A stretch of DNA of 48,337 nucleotides, taken from NCBI GenBank assembly GCA_002308795.1, contig DBVV01000068.1, positions 1,076 to 49,412 of the forward strand. Reading direction: 5' to 3'. Source of the stretch: Mageeibacillus sp. UBA1255 (lineage in GTDB: Bacteria > Bacillota > Clostridia > UBA1212 > UBA1255). Position 1 is the first letter of the stretch; every line of letters begins with the position of its first letter. The notes beneath the pieces are model-generated. The model ran no database searches and had not been told where the DNA came from. It was given only the letters and a program-made list of their open reading frames with translations. This document shows, in pieces, positions 8,642 through 15,880 of this stretch. Both the position numbers and the translations under genes were made by a program.

Positions 8642-8711
8642 GCAACTTTCAACTTGCCACTTGCAACTTTCAACTTGCCACTTGCAACTTTCAACTTTCA
8701 ACTTGCCACTT
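8642..8711. repeat. Tandem repeat: ten heptads N-C-[A/C]-A-C-T-T, organised as about 3.3 copies of a 21-bp unit
   Basis: Read directly as gcaactt tcaactt gccactt, repeated three times, with one extra tcaactt in the third unit. It fills nearly the whole 79-bp gap between the convergent stops at 8634 and 8714. A 16-bp palindrome, GAAAGTTGCAACTTTC, lies at 8635-8650. Confidence 0.9.
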
Positions 8712-8713
8712 AT

Positions 8714-9538
8714 TTATAGCTTCTCTATTTTCTCCTCAATATCATTCAGCCAGTTGCCATCAAACAACTCGATCATACCGCTATCGACCGCTGCTGTAAG
8801 TTTGGGATCGATCGGTATCTGCGCCGTCGTATCCACACCGAATTTTTTGGCGGTCTCATCAAGTTTACTGTCGCCGAACAGATATAGCTTCTTTCCGCAA
8901 TCGGGGCATGTCGCATAGCTCATGTTTTCAACCAGTGCGAGCACCGGAATTTTCATAAGCTCTGCCATCTTTACAGCTTTACCTACGATCATCGATACAA
9001 GGTCCTGAGGGCTAGTGACAACGATTATACCGTCTACAGGAAGGGACTGGAACACTGTAAGCGGAACATCACCTGTTCCGGGAGGCATATCCACAAACAT
9101 ATAATCCACGTCCGACCAGACGACGTCGGTCCAGAATTGCTTGACCGTGCCGGCAATGATCGGGCCTCTCCAGACTACCGGATCGGTCTCGTTTTCAAGC
9201 AGAAGATTCAGCGACATAACGTCGATACCTGTTTTAGTGACCTCGGGCAATATCCCGGCAGCGCTTCCTTTGGCTTTATCGTGGAGTCCGAAAGCCTCGG
9301 GAATCGACGGCCCGGTAATATCTGCGTCAAGTATTGCCGCCTTATATCCGCGGCGCTGCATTCCGACTGCCAGCAGCGACGTGACGAGAGATTTGCCCAC
9401 GCCACCTTTTCCGCTGACGACAGCTATGACCTTTCCGACTCTGCTGTATTCATTAAGTGATTCGTGCATATCCTGAGGTGACGTTCTGGAAGAACAGTTT
9501 TCCCCGCATGACGAACAATCGTGCGTACATTCGCTCAT
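8714..9538 (-). CDS. Mrp/NBP35-family iron-sulfur cluster carrier ATPase (ApbC-like)
   Basis: Deviant Walker A VVSGKGGVGKS, an N-terminal Cys-rich CTHDCSSCGENC and the C-terminal CPDCG motif. Confidence 0.9.
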   Translation of the reverse strand: MSECTHDCSSCGENCSSRTSPQDMHESLNEYSRVGKVIAVVSGKGGVGKSLVTSLLAVGMQRRGYKAAILDADITGPSIPEAFGLHDKAKGSAAGILPEVTKTGIDVMSLNLLLENETDPVVWRGPIIAGTVKQFWTDVVWSDVDYMFVDMPPGTGDVPLTVFQSLPVDGIIVVTSPQDLVSMIVGKAVKMAELMKIPVLALVENMSYATCPDCGKKLYLFGDSKLDETAKKFGVDTTAQIPIDPKLTAAVDSGMIELFDGNWLNDIEEKIEKL

Positions 9539-9600
9539 ATTACTATCTCCTCTGATGTCAATGATCTGACATTTTATTCGGTCGCTCTGCGACCCGGGCT

Positions 9601-9629
9601 ATTATACATCTTTGTTGTCAATGAGGCAA
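9601..9629 (-). promoter_or_regulatory. Candidate promoter for the Mrp-family gene
   Basis: On the minus strand: TTGCCT, 17 nt, TATAAT, about 60 nt upstream of the ATG at 9538. Confidence 0.45.
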
Positions 9630-9647
9630 GGCGCAGCATCAAGGCAC

Positions 9648-9677
9648 TTGAAAATGCGGTGTTTCGCGTTATATAAT
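9648..9677 (+). promoter_or_regulatory. Candidate promoter for the DUF4091 gene
   Basis: TTGAAA (9648-9653), an 18-nt spacer, then TATAAT (9672-9677). The RBS AGGAGAAAG precedes the ATG at 9716. Confidence 0.55.
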
Positions 9678-9715
9678 CTCACCGGACGATCATAAAAACG
9701 ACAGGAGAAAGAACA

Positions 9716-12019
9716 ATGAAAAAGAAATCAGTCAGAATACTCGTTATTGTCACCGGCCTGGTTATCGCAGCCGGGCTGATCGCGGGATGCGTTTCCGCGA
9801 ACAAGAGAACGACCGATGCCGCTCACGTCCACGCAGACGGTGACGCGATATTGAAATATATATCCGAAACCAATCTCTGCAAAGTATATTCTTCAAAAGA
9901 CAGACTCGAGGGCAATACCGTCGTTCTGGAAACAACAGATTATTCCGAAGATCCTTTCGCTTTCTTTAACTACGAAGGCTACGTGCGCTCGCTCGGATTC
10001 GAACCCGTATCCGCAGACGACTACAAAGTGATCGTTATAAAAGCAAAACAGGAGAACTGTTCAAACATCGAGTTTGAACTGTTTTACGCGGCAGGGAGCG
10101 TTCAGGGCGCGCAGGGAGACGCGAGCAGATCCGTATCATTCGATAACTCTACAGAAGACTGGCAGTATCTTATATTTGATCTCACGTCGGAAAACTTCCA
10201 CGGTACGGTCCACGGATTCAGGTTCGATTTCATGCGTTTTGCATCCTCCGCTGGAGAAAAATTCAGCATTGCCTCTATCACGTTCCTGAAAAACACTGCG
10301 GAAGCTGCTAAATTTATCACTTCTCAGAACGGGCCCGATCCCCATCTGCTCTCGGATAAGCAGCAAAAAGCAGCTGATGCTTTGCTTAAAACGGTATCTT
10401 TATCTGAGCCGGAGAATAAAAAACAGATCGCCCCGGGAGAAGATCCGTCTATCGATCTGTGGTTCGATCACACTTACACAAAAACTCCTGCCGAGTCGAC
10501 AAAATCAAGCGGGCGGCACACTTATAAGATGTATCTGGCGAAAAACGAGATAGAAGACTGCCAGTTTTTATTGTCGTCGACTTCCGACCGTGAAGGGCTT
10601 ACCGCCAGGATCACACCGTTCGTTAACGGCAAGGGCGAAACGCTTCGCACCGAGCTGTATTACGGCTATTATTTCGATGACGTTCAGGGAAAATCGATCG
10701 TCGATCCGATACCGAGGCTCGACGCACCGTTCTCATTGACCGCGAACAGAAGCAAGCTGTTTATTATTAAATTGTTTACGGAAGAGAGCAGTCAGGCGGG
10801 CGATTATACTGCAGAGTTAAGTATTATTGACTCCGACGGTACGGAACTGAAAAAAGCGACGGTCTACGCGTACGTGTATGATTTTGCGCTTCCTGAGGCG
10901 ACAACGTGCAAGACCCAGATGGATCTGTCGTGGTGGGCGGTATACGTGAATCACGAATTGTATGAAGGCGACGACGGTCTGATGTACAAAAAATACTATG
11001 ATCTGCTGCTTGAGAACCGCGTCTGCGCGTACACCCTCCCCTACAGCGATAACGGCGCATACGAAGATCCGCGCGTTCGTGAATACGTCGCTAACCCGAG
11101 AGTCGTGGCATTTAACCCAATCGGATGGAAAGTCGATCCGACGGTCGAAAACGTGAGTTCGGCGTACAGATACCTTTCTCAGAACCCCGAATGGCTCAAT
11201 AAAGCGTACTTTTATCACGTCGACGAACCCCTTTCGATGGAGGCGCTGAATCAGGTCAATTCAGAGGGTAAGCTGTTCGCGGACAATTTCCCGGGCTACC
11301 ACTATCTCGTGCCCATACACTATGACATGGCTCTCGATCAGGAGAGTAAGACGGACTTTTTCGAATACGTAAGTCAGTACGTGAATTCATGGTGCCCGCA
11401 TACGTTTTTCTATAACACGCTTGCTGATTACAAGCGAAATCCGATGCTTACTTACCGTGTAGGAGGTATGCTGGAAAAGAATCTGGGGACTTTCCCGGAG
11501 CGTATGGCAAAACATCAGTCCGAAGGTGACGACGTGTGGTGGTACGTTACGCGCTACCCTCAGTCGCCCGAGATCACGGTGTCAATAGAAACGCAGGCCG
11601 TTCGTTACCGCATCCTGTTCTGGCAGCAGAAACTGTACAACGTAAATCATTTCCTGTACTATCTTGTCAACGACTGGTTCCCGTCAACTGACGCGGCGGG
11701 AAATCCGGATTTCGGCTGGAATTCGAAGCATGAACAGGCTTCCGGGGCTACTCCGTATGACATCTACGGTAACGGCGTTCTGGTATACGCAGGTCATTAT
11801 ATCGGCGTAGAAGAACCGATCGGCTCCCTTCGCTTAGAATGCATACGTGACGGTATCGAGGACTTTGAGTACCTGACGCTGTTTGAGCAGCTTTACGGTT
11901 CTGATAAGCTGGAGCTGGTTATCAAGCAGGTCACCACGTCTTTAGGCGAGTACACTACCGACGAAGAGGTGTTCACCCGCATCCGCTGCCTGCTGGGCAT
12001 GCTGATCGAGGCGAAGTGA
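9716..12019 (+). CDS. Secreted lipoprotein-like DUF4091-domain protein (GH123-like putative glycoside hydrolase)
   Basis: Signal peptide with LIAGC. The C-terminal LECIRDGIEDFEYL segment is one I associate with DUF4091, the catalytic region of GH123 beta-N-acetylgalactosaminidases. The N-terminal region looks like a beta-sandwich. The family call is from memory only. Confidence 0.55.
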   Translation: MKKKSVRILVIVTGLVIAAGLIAGCVSANKRTTDAAHVHADGDAILKYISETNLCKVYSSKDRLEGNTVVLETTDYSEDPFAFFNYEGYVRSLGFEPVSADDYKVIVIKAKQENCSNIEFELFYAAGSVQGAQGDASRSVSFDNSTEDWQYLIFDLTSENFHGTVHGFRFDFMRFASSAGEKFSIASITFLKNTAEAAKFITSQNGPDPHLLSDKQQKAADALLKTVSLSEPENKKQIAPGEDPSIDLWFDHTYTKTPAESTKSSGRHTYKMYLAKNEIEDCQFLLSSTSDREGLTARITPFVNGKGETLRTELYYGYYFDDVQGKSIVDPIPRLDAPFSLTANRSKLFIIKLFTEESSQAGDYTAELSIIDSDGTELKKATVYAYVYDFALPEATTCKTQMDLSWWAVYVNHELYEGDDGLMYKKYYDLLLENRVCAYTLPYSDNGAYEDPRVREYVANPRVVAFNPIGWKVDPTVENVSSAYRYLSQNPEWLNKAYFYHVDEPLSMEALNQVNSEGKLFADNFPGYHYLVPIHYDMALDQESKTDFFEYVSQYVNSWCPHTFFYNTLADYKRNPMLTYRVGGMLEKNLGTFPERMAKHQSEGDDVWWYVTRYPQSPEITVSIETQAVRYRILFWQQKLYNVNHFLYYLVNDWFPSTDAAGNPDFGWNSKHEQASGATPYDIYGNGVLVYAGHYIGVEEPIGSLRLECIRDGIEDFEYLTLFEQLYGSDKLELVIKQVTTSLGEYTTDEEVFTRIRCLLGMLIEAK

Positions 12020-12055
12020 GGCTTCCGTCAGCCACATTCTCGATAATCCGCCATT

Positions 12056-12101
12056 GTAGCTGACAAAAACGCCTATTTTGTCAGCTACATTTTACGTTTT
12101 T
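12056..12101 (+). terminator. Rho-independent terminator
   Basis: Perfect 13-bp stem GTAGCTGACAAAA / TTTTGTCAGCTAC with a 7-nt loop, followed by the T-rich ATTTTACGTTTTT, 37 nt after the stop at 12019. Confidence 0.85.
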
Positions 12102-12172
12102 CGTGATTGCAGCTGATGCACTTTTTTCACCATATCGGATCGAGTACTGGAATCGAATCAAGCGCAAAAGCA

Positions 12173-12216
12173 TGCAACTAAATTCAGTTGCAAAATGATT
12201 TTATTAATGATATAAT
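12173..12216 (+). promoter_or_regulatory. hicAB promoter with an overlapping inverted-repeat operator
   Basis: TTGCAA (12188-12193), a 17-nt spacer, then TATAAT (12211-12216). The inverted repeat TGCAACT-6 nt-AGTTGCA (12173-12192) overlaps the -35 box. The RBS GGAGGG lies 9 nt before the GTG at 12241. Confidence 0.7.
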
Positions 12217-12240
12217 AAGCGACGTGGAGGGATATCTACA

Positions 12241-12498
12241 GTGAGCCAAAAAGATAAGTTGATAGCAAAACTACGTTCAAAGCCAAAAACGTTTACGTTT
12301 GATGAAGCTGAGCTTTTACTCGGGTATCTTTCTTATAGAAAGAGCGATAAAGGTAAAACAAGCGGCTCACGTGTTATGTTCGTAAGCGATGAACATAATT
12401 CCAAAATATTGTTACACAAACCTCACCCAAGAAAGGAACTTTTAGAATATCAGGTAAAGCAGCTATTAGAACAACTGGAACAGGAGGGTCTGATATGA
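12241..12498 (+). CDS. hicA: Type II toxin-antitoxin system, HicA-family mRNA interferase toxin
   Basis: 85 aa with a GTG start. Contains GSRVMF...LHKPHPRKEL, the HicA/YcfA-like signature. ATGA overlap with the downstream HicB gene. Confidence 0.8.
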   Translation: MSQKDKLIAKLRSKPKTFTFDEAELLLGYLSYRKSDKGKTSGSRVMFVSDEHNSKILLHKPHPRKELLEYQVKQLLEQLEQEGLI

Positions 12499-12839
12499 AT
12501 AATATGTTGCAATATAAAGGCTATTTAGGAAGCATTGAATTTTCTGAGGCTGACGGAGTATTTTATGGGAAAGTACAGGGAATTCGTTCTTTGATTTCTT
12601 ACGAAGGTGCTACCGCAAAGGCACTTTTAGAAGACTTCCACGGCGCGATTGACGATTATCTTGAATTATGTGCCGAAAATGGAATTAAACCCGAAACAGC
12701 GTATAAAGGAAGCCTTAATGTACGTCTTGGAACAGATCTTCACAGGCGCGCAGCTATTTTTGCGATCAACCACAGCCAAAGCCTCAACAGTTTTATTGAA
12801 GAAGCTGTACGGGACAAACTTGCGGCATCTAACGGATGA
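12495..12839 (+). CDS. hicB: HicB-family antitoxin with a C-terminal ribbon-helix-helix domain
   Basis: 114 aa. The N-terminal YKGYLGSIEFSEADGVFYGKVQGI is the HicB fold signature. The C-terminal SLNVRLGTDLHRRAAIFAINHSQSLNSFIEEAV is RHH/CopG-like. Confidence 0.8.
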   Translation: MNNMLQYKGYLGSIEFSEADGVFYGKVQGIRSLISYEGATAKALLEDFHGAIDDYLELCAENGIKPETAYKGSLNVRLGTDLHRRAAIFAINHSQSLNSFIEEAVRDKLAASNG

Positions 12840-12852
12840 TAGGTGATTTTAT

Positions 12853-13932
12853 TTGAAACGCAACGATCTGACGATACTTATCAAGCCAGTTTCCGGTCTG
12901 TGTCAACTATCCTGTAAGTATTGTTTTTACAAGGAGTTGGCCGGACTTAACGATATTAGGGAACAATTGATGCAGCCGGAAGTGGCAGACGGACTGATCA
13001 AAAAAGTCGGTGAAATCCTTGCCCCGGGGCAGCAGGTCAATTTCGCTTTTCAAGGCGGCGAACCGCTTCTGGCCGGGCCTGATTTCTACGTATCTTTTTT
13101 CGAAAAAGTAAAGAAAGCAAATATCAAAGCAACGTATCTTTTTCAAACAAACGGGATCGCGTTGACGTCGGAAAAATGTGAAGAATATTTAAAGCTGTTT
13201 AAAGAAAACAACTGCCTGATTGGTCTATCTGTTGACGGCCCGCGAAAAATGCATGATGCAAACCGCATTGACCATAACGGATCAGGTACGTATGATACGG
13301 TCATGCAGGCATACAAATTGCTCAAAAACGCAAATATAGAAGTAAATTTCCTGACAGTACTGTCTAAAGCCGTATTGACTCACCCGAAACTGCTTTACGA
13401 TTTTTACAGAAATTCTGGAATCAAATACGTCCAATTGATCCCGTGCCTTCCTCCTCTTAACGAAACAGAAAGAAAAGATAATAAATACAGCATGCTTCTT
13501 GCAGCATTCTGGATCCAATTTTATGATTTGTGGAAAAAGGATTTTTTAAGCGGAAAAAGCTATTTTGAAGTCAGAGAGTTCTCTGCCATTCTAAGCGGTC
13601 TTTCAGGGAAGCGTGTCGAAACGTGCATTTTCCCCGGAAAATGCAGCCCTCAGCTAGTTGTAGAGGCAGACGGAAGCACTTATCCGTGTGACTTTTATGT
13701 ACTCCCGCAATATCGAACCGGATCAGTATTGTCCGATTCACTCGAAGACACTTTACGCTCAGTCAATATGTTAAGATTCGCAAAAGATAACCCGCCCCTG
13801 CAGTCACAGTGCCTGCAATGCAGGTACAGCGTTTTATGCAAAGGCGGGTGCAGACGAATGCGTCAGCTTTGGCAAAGTGATCCGGAGAATTGTGCTATGA
13901 GGCTATTCCTGGACCACATTTGCGGCAATTAA
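12853..13932 (+). CDS. Anaerobic sulfatase-maturating enzyme (radical SAM/SPASM, anSME)
   Basis: TTG start. The CQLSCKYCFY radical SAM cluster motif, FQGGEPLL, the SPASM cysteines (YPCDFYV, CLQCRYSVLCKGGCRR) and end-to-end resemblance to clostridial anSME as I remember it. A Cys-type sulfatase is encoded 8 kb away. Confidence 0.8.
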   Translation: MKRNDLTILIKPVSGLCQLSCKYCFYKELAGLNDIREQLMQPEVADGLIKKVGEILAPGQQVNFAFQGGEPLLAGPDFYVSFFEKVKKANIKATYLFQTNGIALTSEKCEEYLKLFKENNCLIGLSVDGPRKMHDANRIDHNGSGTYDTVMQAYKLLKNANIEVNFLTVLSKAVLTHPKLLYDFYRNSGIKYVQLIPCLPPLNETERKDNKYSMLLAAFWIQFYDLWKKDFLSGKSYFEVREFSAILSGLSGKRVETCIFPGKCSPQLVVEADGSTYPCDFYVLPQYRTGSVLSDSLEDTLRSVNMLRFAKDNPPLQSQCLQCRYSVLCKGGCRRMRQLWQSDPENCAMRLFLDHICGN

Positions 13933-15602
13933 TATTCTTCTTTTTTCAAACGGTAAACTACGATTGCAAAGGCCGCAACAATGAGTACGACCAAAACAAA
14001 TGCAAATACGACAGGCGTATCCCCTGTTCCCGGATTCGTCGGTTCAGTCGTCTGTGCAGGCTCGTTCGTAGGTGTAGCTTCGGTTTCCTCAGTAACAACA
14101 GGTTCCGTTGTAGCTTCAGGTGCCGTCGTAGGTTCAGGTTCTGTCGTAGTTTCCGGCTCTGTCGTAGCATTTTCAGTTGGTTCTACTGCTTCAGTCTTTT
14201 CATAAAACGTGATCTGAGAGAAGGCAATCGCATTTGTATTACCCATGTATGCAAGATATACATTGCCGCTGTAATCAGTGTCAAGCGGTAATATGATCGT
14301 CTCGGCGGTACGGAAATCATCCTTGGCACCGACTTCTTTTGCCTCATCCAGAGACCAGAACGCCAGCTTGTTGATCCCTTCCCGCTCGACCTGTTTATTA
14401 TCGGTCGTATCCAATGAACCGGTAGAAGTAAGCGCAAAATTGACGCTTTCCGGAGTTAAAGTCCGAGCATTGCCGCAGGCCGCATCCCACCAGGTTATCG
14501 CCACACGGTCATACTTGCTCAGATCGATCGTCCCGAGATCAACAGCCATTCCGCCGCTGTTTCTAAAGTACACAAATGTGTCCATAGTCGGGAAACAACG
14601 CTTGGTGCTTTCGCCGCCCGTGAGCAGGCCGAGATTACCCGAACCATATTTCTTCATGCCTGTAGCAAGAACTTTCAGCGATTCCGAATAAACCGAGATC
14701 GCCTTATAGCACGTGCCGCTGACATTTCTGTGGCCAAATGCCACGCGTCCGTTTACTGCAGCCAGCGCATCCGTGACGGTCAATTTCTCTTCACCATCAG
14801 CGTCCGAAACGACAACATCCTTATAATACTGGGCATGGATCGGGACGTCAACATTTCCCGGAGCAGTCTCAAGCGCATCGTCGTACGTAGTTACGTTGCT
14901 GTACGAAATAACCGCTTTCACTTCGCCGTCAACATAAAACCGTACCGAACCCTTTCCGTTATCATAACAGGTAAATGTATGATAATCAGATGCCAGTGTT
15001 CCCTCGCCTTCGGCGTATGCGTCAATAAGTACGGCTTTAGTATTTACATGCCTGTCTTTCTCCGCATCAAAGCTCTTAACTGAAACCTGTATCTGGTGGT
15101 CATTATATACTCTGAAAGATATACCGCTTCCGCCTACACCTGAGCCCGCTCCAGAGCCATCCGTTTCGTACCAGTTCATCGTAGTTCCGTTTCGTTTAAG
15201 CACCTGTGAACCGCGAACAAACAGGTAATTATGGCCTTTTTCTCCGAATTTGCCGGTATATGAAACAGCATATGCTTCATCAGGACCAAAGAAGACATTT
15301 TTCAGCTCAACGGAGGAGTACTTATCAAACTGTACGAAATTACCGTCTGACGCCGTCTTAACTGCCGCGCTTCCTCCTCCGGCAAGGATCACAGACCAGT
15401 TATCCGCAAAAGCGGTCTCTGCCAAAGCAGCGTCTTGTGATTCACTGCTGAAATCATTTGCTGCAACGGTGTACATTAATGATATAATATCAGAAACATC
15501 CGCATCATTGCCGGATCCTTTGGCAGAAAAAGCCATCGCTCCTGATAATCCGATCACTACAAGCAGACATATCAGCCTGCATAATAATAGTCTTTTTTTC
15601 AT
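13929..15602 (-). CDS. Secreted LamG-like + beta-sandwich protein with a Pro/Thr/Glu linker and C-terminal membrane anchor (paralog 1)
   Basis: ORF 13929..15629. The ATG at 15602 (MKKRLLLCRLICLL...) aligns with the paralog 2 start and follows AGAGAGG. It has a signal peptide, the LamG-like YDNGKGSVRFYVDGE, a second domain (IDLSKYDRVAITWW...DTDYSGNVYLAY) and TEPETTTEPEPTTAPE repeats. The C-terminus has a hydrophobic helix followed by RLKKEEY. Confidence 0.8.
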   Translation of the reverse strand: MKKRLLLCRLICLLVVIGLSGAMAFSAKGSGNDADVSDIISLMYTVAANDFSSESQDAALAETAFADNWSVILAGGGSAAVKTASDGNFVQFDKYSSVELKNVFFGPDEAYAVSYTGKFGEKGHNYLFVRGSQVLKRNGTTMNWYETDGSGAGSGVGGSGISFRVYNDHQIQVSVKSFDAEKDRHVNTKAVLIDAYAEGEGTLASDYHTFTCYDNGKGSVRFYVDGEVKAVISYSNVTTYDDALETAPGNVDVPIHAQYYKDVVVSDADGEEKLTVTDALAAVNGRVAFGHRNVSGTCYKAISVYSESLKVLATGMKKYGSGNLGLLTGGESTKRCFPTMDTFVYFRNSGGMAVDLGTIDLSKYDRVAITWWDAACGNARTLTPESVNFALTSTGSLDTTDNKQVEREGINKLAFWSLDEAKEVGAKDDFRTAETIILPLDTDYSGNVYLAYMGNTNAIAFSQITFYEKTEAVEPTENATTEPETTTEPEPTTAPEATTEPVVTEETEATPTNEPAQTTEPTNPGTGDTPVVFAFVLVVLIVAAFAIVVYRLKKEEY

Positions 15603-15690
15603 TGTCAGACCTCTCTTTATGTTCGTCATTAACGAGCGGGCAACCCCAGAGTTACCCGCATCTCAAGCTATCAGTCCTGTCCAAAAAAGA

Positions 15691-15867
15691 TCAATCTGTT
15701 ACTTTTGAAAACAGTTCAACAGTAGGCAATCCGATTGTGCTGTCCTCTGTGTCCGTTTCAGGGAAAACATGTCTTAAAATATGATCCGGTGTACTTAATG
15801 TAAGCACATCATCGTCCGGGAGATAAACTACTGAAATCTCCGGTTCTTCATAGATTCTTTTTTTCAT
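15691..15867 (-). CDS. Small acidic hypothetical protein (58 aa)
   Basis: The ATG at 15867 lies 7 nt after a strong GGGAGGA RBS. Sequence: MKKRIYEEPEISVVYLPDDDVLTLSTPDHILRHVFPETDTEDSTIGLPTVELFSKVTD. It lies between paralogs 2 and 1 on the same strand. Confidence 0.5.
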   Translation of the reverse strand: MKKRIYEEPEISVVYLPDDDVLTLSTPDHILRHVFPETDTEDSTIGLPTVELFSKVTD

Positions 15868-15880
15868 AATTATCCTCCCA

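Noticed and set aside
8640-8918. A 92-aa plus-strand ORF starting MQLSTCHLQLSTCHLQLSTFNL, and the possibility that the repeat is a CRISPR array.
   Set aside because: The repetitive peptide is just the tandem DNA repeat read in frame, and the rest of the ORF is antisense to the well-supported Mrp gene. The repeats are directly adjacent with no spacers and are only 21 bp long, so this is not a CRISPR.
8642-12192. The hexamer GCAACT occurs both in the heptad array (8642-8711) and as the half-site of the hicAB operator (12173-12192). This suggested a HicB decoy array.
   Set aside because: A 6-mer is expected many times by chance in 48 kb on two strands. The array units are direct repeats, not inverted ones. 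There is no further support, so I kept this only as a note.
13929-14060. A possible sortase sorting signal (NPGTG followed by a hydrophobic helix and RLKKEEY) at the C-terminus of paralog 1.
   Set aside because: The motif is not a canonical LPXTG. Paralog 3 has the same helix and basic tail without any such motif. No sortase gene is in the window. A simple C-terminal transmembrane anchor explains the architecture.
12853-15867. The radical SAM/SPASM enzyme as a RiPP maturase for the 58-aa acidic ORF.
   Set aside because: The enzyme resembles anaerobic sulfatase maturases along its whole length, and a Cys-type sulfatase (CCPAR) is present in the locus. The small ORF has no Cys, lies 2 kb away and is on the opposite strand.
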